A stretch of DNA of 64,000 nt from Callorhinchus milii. Its lineage: Eukaryota. Below are positions 38,001-50,000 of the stretch, piece by piece. Location: positions 101,744,001 through 101,808,000 of the forward strand of contig NW_024704742.1 in the NCBI RefSeq assembly GCF_018977255.1, given 5' to 3'. The position numbers and the translations under genes are program-made. The notes beneath the pieces are model-generated. The model saw only the letters and a program-made list of their open reading frames with translations, searched no databases and was not told the origin of the DNA. The first letter of the stretch is position 1; each line of letters begins with the position of its first letter.

Positions 38001-41000
38001 TCCCTTGATGCGTCGCAGCTATCAAGCTACCGGCCCATCTCCAACCTCCCCTTCCTGTCCAAGGTCCTGGAACGAGTTGTCGCCTCCCAGCTGCGCTCTT
38101 TCCTCTCCACCCATTCATTATTCGAACCCCTTCAGTCGGGTTTCCGTGCTGCCCATAGCACAGAAACTGCCCTGGTCAAGGTCACCAATGACATCCTGAC
38201 CATCTGTGACCAGGGCTCCCTCTGCCTCCTCGTCCTCCTCGACCTATCGGCAGCATTCGATACGGTCGACCACGCTATCCTCCTCCACCGCTTGTCCTCC
38301 CACCTCAACCTTCAAGGCCCTGTCCTTGAGTGGTTTAGGTCGCACCTCTCCCACCGTCTTCACTTTGTTTCCACGAATGGCTTTTCCTCCAGAACCCCGC
38401 ACTGTCTCGTGCGGTGTCCCTCAGGGCTCTGTCCTCGGTTCTCTCCTCTTCACCCTCTATATGCTCCCCCTTGGTGACATCATCCGCAGACATGGGGTTA
38501 ACTTCCACATGTATGCGGATGACACCCAACTCTACCTTTCCTCCTCTACCCTCAACTCCACGACCACCGATGTCCTGACAGCCTGCCTGTCCGACATCGA
38601 GTCCTGGACGAGAGACAACTTTCTTCAGCTCAACGTGCGAAAACCCGAGGCCCTCCTGATTGGCTCACGTCAGCGCCTCCGCACCTCAGGCGCTGACACC
38701 ATCAGCATCCAAGGCTGCACTCTCCACCTCTCAAAGCCAGTCAGGAACCTCGGGTTCTGTTCGACCCTGAGCTGTCCTTTCTCCCTCATATCCGCGCCAC
38801 AACTGGCACCGCCTTCCATCACCTCCGGAATATCGCCAGACTACGGCACTACCTCACCCCTCACGCTGCTGAAACTCTGGTCCACGCCTTTATCACCTCA
38901 AGGCTGGACTATGGGAACTCTCTCCTCGCCGGCCTTCCCGCACCTCCCTCCACAAGCTGCAGGTCATTCAGAACTCTGCAGCTCGTGTACTGTCCCGCAC
39001 CAGGCTTCGCGACCACATCACTCCCACCCTCGCTCGCCTCCACTGGCTCCCCATCCCCCAGAGGATCGAATTCAAGATCCTCATCCTCACCTACAAGGCC
39101 ATTCACGGCCTTGCTCCCTCCTACCTCTCTGACCTACTATCCCCCTACCTACCTGCCCGTACCCTCCGTTCCTCTGGCTCCGGTCTGCTCCACATCCCCC
39201 GCCCCAACCGCCCTACCATCGGTGGCCGGGCCTTCAGCCTCTCAGCCCCTAGGCTCTGGAACTCCATCCCCCAGTGCCTTCGCCGCCTCCTCCCTTTCCT
39301 CCTTCAAGGCCGGTCTCAAGACCTTTCTCTTTGACCGAGCCTTCAGCTCCCCTCTCGACTCTCTACCCCCTTCTCGCTCCCTTCCTTTCCTCCCCTCACC
39401 CTGACCATTTCCCCCCTGCTCGGGTCCTTACCCAACTGTATAGCACCTTGGGACGTCCTCCCGACGTGAAAGGCGCTCTATAAATGGAATCTTGTTGTTG
39501 TTGTTGAAGTTAGATTAGAAGATCAGCCATGATTGAATGGTGGGGCAGGATCAAAGGGCCGAATGGCCTACTCCTGCTCCTACGTGTTATGCTATGTTGA
39601 TCGGCCTGTTAGCCAACATACGTGAAAATCCATCACCATGTTTTAAAGTATCCAATTAGACGGTTTTGGAGATATGCCATTTGCACCTAGAAATTTCCCG
39701 GTGTGTTGAATGGAACGTGCACTCTCTCCCTGGAGGGTCACACCCAGTTTACTTAATTCTGGAGAGTATTAGGTGCAGGTTGGCAAGAATCAAGTCATGG
39801 CAACTTCAGAGTGTTCATTGGGGCACTGCTGTAGTTTGTTCAGCTAATCAGCAGTGTCCTGGAGTGCTGGGGATCCGCCTGATTTGGGACCTGGATTACC
39901 AAAACCGCCAGAGGATTAATTCATTCTAACATTCCATTGCCAATTATATCACATGGAGTCAGTTCATCTCCCTGAACTGGACGCCTACTTTATGTCACAT
40001 TCTTTTTTCCTATGGTAGAAATATATTTCTCTTCTAAAATGGATACATATCCAATATATGTATGACTAATCCATTTTAGAAGAGAAATATATTAGTGGCT
40101 CCATTATAATAACAAAAACGTGCATTTATGCAGCACCCTTCACGCAGGATTGCATCTTAAGAGCGCTGCACAATGGTGGGGTAGCATCTTGGAATGCTGC
40201 ACGATGGCAGGTTTGGACACTGAACGAGGAAGAAGGGGGACGGGGAGGTGAGCATATGTACAGTCAAAGAGGTACTGCTATAGATATCAAGTCTAAATAT
40301 TACTATGCTTGTTAGATTTACTTCTACAAATAGTGTATGTCTAAAGCAAAACATCAAAATCTAAGACAAAATCTCCAAGAAAGTGGCTTTTTATAGTTTC
40401 AAAATATTTTTTTAAAAATGGGTCAAGTATAAATGTAAAATCTTTTGTGTAACAAATTATTTAAGTAAATTTGTAAATAAGTATTTTCAGAACTTAGAGG
40501 GCTGAAAGAAAACAGTTGTGCACCACAGCAACTCCCGAGGGCAGCTTTTCAGGCATATACTTACTAGGGCGATTTCCTGTCCCTTGGTAATTTTAATGCC
40601 AACTTTCTGCCTTTTGTAAACAGTAGGCTTGGCTTCAAGAATACTTTGGATAGTGTTAATGCTGATTCAAAATACTGACATTTAATATGGTGTTAAATAT
40701 TTTATGCCAGTGGTATAAGTCTCAAAAGTTACCAATATTTGGGAGAGGGGAGAAGAAAGTGGGTGGGGTTAATTCTAGACACTGTAAATTTCACCACACT
40801 ACTGGAGATATTAACTCTCACCAGCCACCCTAAGGATAAATTAGTGCAAGCTGCTTTAACACCTCTCACATTCCTGCCAATTAAATTGCACAAACTATAC
40901 TGATGTAAGTAAAAAGATTGTGTACTAACATGTAGTTTTCTCCAACAATGTGGTGGAATTTACAGTGTATCTGGAATTAATTCCATCCACCCACCACTTT

Positions 41001-44000
41001 CTTATCTCCCCTACACCAAAGATTGGCAACTTTTGAGACTTTTACCCCACTGGCATGAAATATTTATCACCATGCTGTACATAAAATGTTTTAAAGAAGC
41101 ACCTTAACAATACACCATACAAGCTCAGTTGCAAGTTGTCTTACCTATTGTCACTGGATTGTCCCGCTGTTGCTATTAAAGTAGAAGAACTAACAAAAAC
41201 AAAATCATTTGCAGTTTTGTTATGGCACTGCCAAGTCTGAAAAATAAAATATTATTCAAGAAATTAATACGCAACTTATTGTTAAATTGTGTTACATAAA
41301 GAAATAAAAAATGCACAAAAGATTAAGGCAATAAATTAGCACTCCGCTCACCAGGTAAGGTTTTGGCGTGACTCCCAGTGCAATTGTGTTTGATTGCCAC
41401 AAACTCAAGAATCCATCTCCATCAACAATACCGAACTGGTAAAAAGATACAAGGGGTTTAATTTTATGCAGTCTTAAATAAGTCAAACATTAATTAGTTT
41501 TGCTTTACAATGAAATTTCTAATCCTCAATAGAAATAGATTATTAAATATGTCATAACATAATATGCTATTAAACAATTTAATTTCTTGAGACTCCAATC
41601 AAGACAATCAAAGGTCACATGCTAACGGCTCAGTGTGACGGAAACCATAAAGTTTTACTTTGTTAATCCACCAGACAAAACACACAAATGCACAAAAAAA
41701 ACTAATCACAGCATATCTTTGAGTAAAAAGCATCAATGGAAAAAAACATGATCTCTTGGTCTCTTATGGTCTCATTTCTCATATATTTTACCTTGTTACC
41801 CTGATGATTAAATCGTATTCTGGTAACCCTGGAATTGCCAGAAGATCGGAAGCACGCTATCTGATGTGAGTGACCCCATTCAAACATCCGAACACTTCCA
41901 TCTTGAGCACCCGTTAGATCTAAATCATTTCATAAAGGATTGTCAGTTCAACAATTAGCATTGTCCAATACTATTTTTAAACCCAATACAGAACAGGACT
42001 TGAACCAGAGACCTTCTGATTTGCATGGTTTAGTGAATGTACTAAACCAGCACTTTTACCCACTAGTTCTGGGGGAAGACATCAGCTTTACTATTAAAAG
42101 CTATTGACACGTCTTCATTTCACTGAAGCTAGTCTCGGTTACAAACATCTGAATTAATTTGAATAAAAAAAACATATAGCTCACTATTGTCCTTCATGTC
42201 ATAAGAGCAGAGGAAATTACATTCAATTATCATGGAATCTGTGAATACAAGGCAGCAACATACTGAGGGTTTGAGATGATTTTATACATCGCAAAAGTAA
42301 AGGTTATCCCCTGTGGAAAACTGCCTGGCCTCCTATCCCCTGGTCCCGGCGGTGCGAGAAATTCTCAGGTGTCTGCCTGTACAACGTGTGCCATGGCCAC
42401 GGTTGGGCAACTGTGCGGCGGTGAGAAGTCTCAGTTTCTTCAGGTGCGGAGACGCCACTTAAAAATCCCTCGCCTGAATAATGGCCAAATGTCGCTGCCG
42501 AGCGTCACTTCTGGGCGCCATTTTGAAACTTGTCCGGGCCAGGTAAATATACTGTAACATCACTTCTGGGCACCTGTTTCAAATCCACCAGGATAGGATA
42601 AGTACATGCAATTATCTTCTGCTACCTTGTTCTCCCTTCCCTCCTGGTCTCTGGCACCTAAGCCAAGACCACCATCCCACCTCTTCCCCCTCTCACCCCT
42701 GCGCTGTCTCCCGTGGCCTGATGCTGTCCTGCTGATCGCTCACTCCCGCTCTCTGCAGGTGCATTTTGGCTGCCACCCCGACCCAACCCGCTCCCCCTGG
42801 AAATGCTGCTTCTCCTAACCCCCTCAATCCGCTACTCGCACTCTGTCCTTCTCTCCCACTGCCCTCCCTGGATTCTCTCTCCTGGACTCCACCATTATCT
42901 CCAGCCTGGGCATGCTCCACTGGGACCATCGTGGCTCCCGGTGTCGGTTGTCCCAGAACAGCCACCCCAATTGTCCCATCGCTCGCTCTCTATGGACCAA
43001 CCGCCTCCGAAAGACAAAACATCCCTTCACCTCGCTCATCCATACCCTCCGCAACACTGCCTGCTCCTCAAAATCCATGGTCACTTTCGCCACGACCTTA
43101 AGTCCTCTCTATAACACTCTCCCCATCACCCCCCCAGCAAACCTATCCGCATTTCCCTCCAAAAAGTCCGCTCCCTCTCTAATAAAGCCCTTACTATCCA
43201 TGACTTCATCCTCGATGAGCACATTGATATTCTTGGGCGTATGGAAACCTGGCTCTCCCCTGGTGACCCCGTCCCCCTAGTTGAAGCCTCCCCTCCTGGC
43301 TACACCTTTCATCACACCCTCCGCCCCAACCAAAATGGCCACCTCCTCGACCTCGTCATCGCACATGGCCTCGACATTTCCAACCTGTGCATCACGGACT
43401 GGGCCATCTCGGACCAATTAATCATCTCCTTTTCCTCTCGCATCCCTCTCCCCTCCATCAAGCCCTCAATCATACTTTTCTGCCCATGGAAAAGGCTTCC
43501 TCCCAGGACCTGCACAAAGGCTCTCTCATCATCTTCAGATCTCCTATCCCCCTAGCCTTCCACCCGCAGCGACCCTGAAGCAGCCGTCAAGCTTTTCTTC
43601 TTGCTTCCACCTAGTCATCTGTGGGGTACCCCAAGGATCCATCCTTGGCCCCCTTCTCTTCCTCATCTATATGCTCCCGCTCGGTGATGTCATTTGCAGA
43701 CACGGGGTTAACTTCCACATGTATGGGGATGACACTCAACTCTACTTTTCCACCTCCAGCTGTGACCTCCCTACCCTGATGATCTGTCAGCTTGCCTATC
43801 GGACATCAGGAGCTGGATGAGTGCAAATTTCCTGCAGTTAAATGTCAAGAAGCCATACTCTTTGGCTCCCGCCAACATCTTCTGTCCCATGTTTCCGACG
43901 TCCTCAACCTATCCGACCTGTCCTTAAAACTCTCCGAACCCGTGCGCAACTTAGGCGTCAGGTTCAATCCCCAGTTATCCTTCCTCCTCCACATCTGGAC

Positions 44001-47000
44001 CCTGACCAGCACTACTTTCTTCCACCTCCGCCACATTGCCAGTCTCCTACAATATCACACCCCAAAAGCTGCCGAAACTCTTGTCCACGCTTTGTCACCT
44101 CTCGGCTGGACTACTCTAATGCCCTCCTCCCCTATTCACAAAATTCAGCTGATTCAAAACTCCGCCGCCCACATTCTCACCCGCACCAAACTTCATACCC
44201 CGATTGCTCCAGTCCTTGCCAAACTCCACTGGCTCCCAGTCACAGAGTGGATCGACTTCAAGATCCTCACTCTAGTGTTTAAATCCCTCCATTCCTTGGC
44301 ACCCCCCTATCTTTCTAACTTCCTCTCTCCTCACAGCAGTACCCACTGCCTCCGCTCTACTGGGTCCGGTCTCCTCGGTGTCCCTGAATCCTCCGCTCCA
44401 CCATCGGTGGCCGTGTCGTCAGCTACTATGCCCTGAAGCTTTAGAACTCCCTCCCTCAACCCCTTCGCCTCGCCTTCTCCTTCCCCATCTTCAGGTCGTG
44501 CCTGAAGACCTTCCTCTTCGACCGCGTCTACAGTCACCCTCCCCCTCCCCAGGCTCCGCCATTGTTAAGCGCTCTGAGATGCCGCCGGAGTGGAGGGTGC
44601 TATATAAATGCAAGTTGTTGTTGTCCCTCAAATGACATGGCTGAATTCGAGATTGAGAAATTGAGCTTGGAAACAAAATACATCCCATGATACTCACAGT
44701 AAGGTAATGTTGGATGGGAAGCCATCCTCCTGGCATTATTCATAGTCCGTTTGATCATCTGCCAAAGGGACAAGCAACATGTTATATTATTTCAGAGTTT
44801 TGATGTACAAAAAACATTTAAGATATGAACTATCAAAAAATGCCAAATGTGATCAATGATGAATGCCATGCGATATTTAGATCTGATATACAGAATATGA
44901 AGTTTCTTTGATAAATGGAAGCTAAACCTGATGAAAATGATTTTTGAAGAAGTTTTGTTGTGGTAAAATAATGCTGAAAGTACCAGCAGAAATAGTAAGT
45001 CATGCCTTACACCAGCCACTGAGCTGTGTACTGTCACTAAAACAAAAAGGATGATCTTGCTAATACAACCATTAACTACTTCCCACGCCACATCTCTGCA
45101 CCTTCAAAGCTTCTAACCACCATGTTGCCACTCAACATTATCTTCAAAGAGAAATTACTACCATACTGCACCAAAACACCAGTACTGCACCAAAACATCA
45201 GTAGTTTTTGTTTAGAATTTATTAAAATAAATTATGAAACTGAAACACAGATGTTGAATGAAAAGGATAGAGCATAGGAAGCGGAATAGGTGGTTTGTTC
45301 CAAACATACAGAATCTGAATAACTTGACATTTGCAGTCTCCTTCACTCATGCAACAACACACTATATTTGAAGACTGCTAATTCAGTATTCTCCTGTTTA
45401 TTGTACCAGTCTTTTTTTTCCCCAAAAGGAGTCATAGTGATTCAATAGATTATACAGAACTTTAATTTGTAGATTTTAAAAACAGTTAATAATAATAATA
45501 ATCAGATCTATACAAATTCAATGTTGTCTAATTGTATTTGTAACCTATACATGGGTCAATTTTTTGAGATAAGAGAGGTTTCTCTATGTATATTAATTAA
45601 ACTGAAAGACTGGGTCAAAACATGTTTTACAGGAGGGATTCAAATAAGAATGCATATATTGAACTGCCCATTAAAGACATCTGGTTAAGTAACCAAATAG
45701 CCCTAATGCAGGATTCATGACTTTTCTTGTTTGGGGTATTAAGAGGGCAGAACAACAGCCATACACAAGTGAAGGGAGTGCTGATACAAGACAGAATTCT
45801 GACTGAGACAAAACAGCAGAACAACTGTCTAAGATTAATTCAAAAGTGTTCTAACAGCTGGCACCTTACCTGCTTTTTTGAAAAATCCTTTCTGATTCCA
45901 TTAAACTTAGCTGTTTTTTCCTTAACATTCAAAGATAAGCAACAGAGGGAGGAGCATGTAAATAAAGCAGAAGTGAACAGAATCTTATAACTGCTGTACA
46001 GTGGAGTGTTAGAATTGAAGGGAAGAAGCTCTTTAAAAGCTTTCAACTTCATAACTGAGAAGCCATCATTAGATTTAAGTTCAAATTTCAAACAGCATAT
46101 TTCAAAGATGGTAGATATATAACTGAGTTGTGGGGGTCGGATACTGTTTTTATTGGATAGTTTTGCAGAAAAGGCAAGGAAAGAAGGCAAGAAAAGGAAA
46201 AGAATAAAAGGAAAAATAGATGAGCTTCTTAAATGCCAATTTACAGTGAGGTTCAAATGTATGCTTGGCATTGGCTGTTTTGTGGCTAAATTAATAATAA
46301 TCCTTGCATTTTATATAGCACATTATCACATCTTTGAGACATCTCAAAACGCTTCACAAAATATACTGTAAAGTGAATTCCAAATTATTCAAAATTTTGA
46401 AGCAAAATTGGTCATAATAATTCCATATTTAAGTAGATTTTGATTGTTGCATTACCGTAAGTTAGCAAAAGGCCAATTTCAGTCCAAACAAGCAGGTATT
46501 TTCCCCACAAATTTAAAACGAGCTGAAATGTAAGCTCAATTTATTGGTCAGAGAATCCAACACTTCACTGAATTTCAATGCAATCAAGTACATTTAGGTT
46601 TATCTGACAGGAAGAGACAGGAACACTCAGAATGAAAACAAGAAAAACTGAATACTGGACATCTAAACTAAAATCAGAAATGTTGTATATCCACAAGTTA
46701 ATCAGCATCTGAAGAAGAAAGATTTCCAGGTAAGATCCATTCACTTATTTGTCTCATTTAAGATGTTTATTGAACTGATCTGGATTTTCATCATTTCTGG
46801 TTTTACAACTTAAAACTGAATTCTTTCAAGCCTGAAAAAATGTAAGCAGCATTCAAACATAAGTGTACAACACAAATATTTTACTCCTTTTGCCTCAAGA
46901 TTTTAATTGCAAAATTGAAGCTTTAAATGGCCAATTAAAGAATTAAAACTTGATTTTGCTGATATTTCGGTTACCAGTATGGTGTTTTGATGGAGCTGCC

Positions 47001-50000
47001 AGTGATTTCGTACAATTCCTTAAAGCATTCACTGTGTAGTTAGATATCAAATAGAACTTCAGCCTTTGATAATCATATTGATTACAGAAGTGAGCGAGAA
47101 AAGCAAGAGGCAGTCAGACGGTTTAGTAAGGTAGTCACATGTCCTTGCCCACTATGAAAGAAATGTACAGGAGTGAGGGCCAGTTATGATTGTGAGGCTG
47201 TGATTGAGCTCCTCACACAGATCACTGCATTAGTAGTTCATTCTGAAAACAATTATCCCAATAGATTCAGTGACAATAAATTGTGTGAACTGAATGGGAA
47301 CAAGGTGCAAGAACAGAGAATCTCTCATGCGGAATCATCTCAATGACGCTACCAGAATCGTTTAGGCAAATGGATGAGCATGTCCATACAACATGCCATG
47401 AAAAATCTGAAATACCTTCGCTGTCAACTTAATAGCCTCCTTTACTCTTTCATTTGCAGACCTGATTTTCCAGGAAATGCATGCAGATTTTACGTAAACC
47501 TAATAACAAAGGAGACAGCTACCCGAGAACAGATGTTGACAATATGGCAAGCCACTTTCTGCAAGTATTGCCATAAAGCTTTTAAAATGCACCAATACTT
47601 TTAAAGGAAGAAAACAAAAACAAAATGAGTCCAAAAGGTGAAAAGATGCAGTATGTATCTGAAATTACATTGTTATGTGAGAGCACATAACAACAACAAC
47701 AACTTGGATTTATATAGCGCCCTTCACGCCGAACAGTGTCTCAGAGTGCCTCACAGTAACGGATCCCGGGGCCGAGCTAGGGGGAGGGGGAGGAAGGTGA
47801 CCAAAGGCGCAGTCAAAAAGAAAGATCTTCTGCAGGGACCTGAAAATAGGAAGAGAGGGGGCGAGGCAAAGGGAGTGAGGAAGGGAGTTCCAGAGCCTCG
47901 GGGCGTAGTGGCTGAAGGCACGGCTGCCAAGGGTGGAGTGGAGGATTCGGGGGACAAGGAGGAGGCCAGACCCAGAGGAACGAAGGCAACGGGCACTGTT
48001 TTGAGGAGAGAGGAGGTCAGAGAAGTAGGGGTGTGCAGAGGAGTGGAGGGATTTGAAGACAAGGGTGAGGATCTTGAAGTCGATAAATATAGCTAAAGGG
48101 AGAGAAAATAACTGAAAATGTCTCCCAGAGGTGCTCTCATACATAATGCAAAAATAGGTAAAATAGGCAAAAAAAATGGCGCGTTTCCACCCCAAATCAC
48201 ATATAGATTGTTTTCAGTTCTGACAGGCAGAAAAATCCTGAGTGGAGATTATAGAAATATTTGGAAAGTGAGAGTTTCTTACTCACTGCTATGGTCTTTT
48301 ATGTTCAAAGCTCTAGTTCCACAAACCTCAGAGAAAGCTAAGGGAAAAATACTGGAACACTGATTTTTTTTGTAACATTATTCTTACATTAAACTCTCCC
48401 TCCCACTCACACTTTGACCTCTCCATCCATGGCCTCCAATGAGCCACAGCGCAAACTTGAGGAACTGCATCTCATTTATCTTACATCTCTCTGGCCTCAA
48501 AATTGATTTCAACAATTTCAAACCATAACAACTCACCTTCCCCCTCCCCCTGTTCTGTGACCATTACCACATCATCTGGGTCTCAGACCCACCTTTTCTC
48601 TCCTTGGTCTGCCTATTTTGTTGCAATTTTTGCCCCCATTTGTTTTTAGATTATTAATACCTCTTTAACCCATCATCCCCTGTCCTCTATCCCATTTTTT
48701 CCTTTGTCTTCCTTGCCCTGCCTCCCCACTCTCTGTTATAGCCCTTAAAAGCCTCTCCATTGCAACATGCCCCCAGTTCTGACAAAGGGTCGTGGACCCG
48801 AAACATCGACTCACTTTCCTTTCTCCATAGATGCTGCCTGACCTGCTGAGTGATCCCAGCGACTTCTGTTTTTGTTTCAGATTTCCAGCATCTACAGTAT
48901 TTTGAGTTTTGATTATTTTCTATTTCTATTAAGAGTACTACCAATAAAAAGGAGTTGCATAAGATTTACTTTTTTAAAATCTGATGACTCGCCTGTGAAA
49001 TGTTAATTCCAATATCACAAGTGATGTCCTGATATGCAATAGTTCTATATTTTTGTGTTCAGTCTGATATTGTGGAGTCCTGTAGTTTAGTGGCGAGAGC
49101 ACTCGCCTCGTAAGCGAGAGGACCTGGGTTTGATTGCCGGCAGGGCGAAAAGTTGGGCAAGGTTCCTTACTCCACAAGCCTGTTTACCTAGCAGTAAGTT
49201 GGAACCCGGTTGTTAGTTGATTGGAGGATCGCTTTTCCGGTGATAATAATCCTTTTTAAAAAAAACATTTGGTCTTTCAATCTATGATCGTTTGTAGGAC
49301 ACTGCTGTGCGCAATTGGCTGCCGTGTTTCACCCACAATATATATGGTCAATTCACTTTACAGTATATTCTGTGAAGTGCTTTGAGATGTCTCAAAGACA
49401 TGATAAGGCGCTATATCAAATGCAAAGATTATTATTATTAGCTCAAATCAGAAATCACCCTACGGCTCCACATTTAACCCAAAAGTGGCACAGACATTTA
49501 CTCTCTCAAGCCTTGCTTTCTTTTTTAGGGCCACAAATTGCAGAGATTAGAATATAAGAACATAAGAATTAGGAGCAGGAGTAGGCCATTCGGCCCCTTG
49601 AGCCTGCCCCGCCATTCGATAAGATCATGGCTGATCTTCAGACCTAACTCTAAATACCTGCCCTATCCCCATATCCCTCTATTTTTTAAAAAATCTATCA
49701 GTCTCAGCCTTTTGAGGTAGTGAATTCCATAAAATGTTTCCTCAACTCTGTTCTAAAAGGCTGACCCCTGATTTTAAGACTGTGACCCCTGGTTATAGAT
49801 TCTCCTACCAGGGGAAACAGATTGATGGGAGCTTGCCACTAATGAATCCTTATCAATCAGTAAGCTACAAATTTACCTTTTTTTCCAGCTGTTGGTAAAC
49901 TTACCAACACTGGTAAAATAATCCATGTGGTTGGTATTCTAGTAGAAAAGTTAGTAGTAAAAATAACAATGCAGACTTCAGACTCACCACAGATGCCCCT

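Noticed and set aside
45164..45203. Short tandem duplications (19 bp here, about 16 bp at 22917-22947, 9 bp at about 218-238)
   Set aside because: Ordinary slippage duplications with no further structure.
46640..46810. Weak inverted repeat resembling Penelope/MER6-type termini
   Set aside because: Too degenerate to define arms or a ribozyme core by eye.
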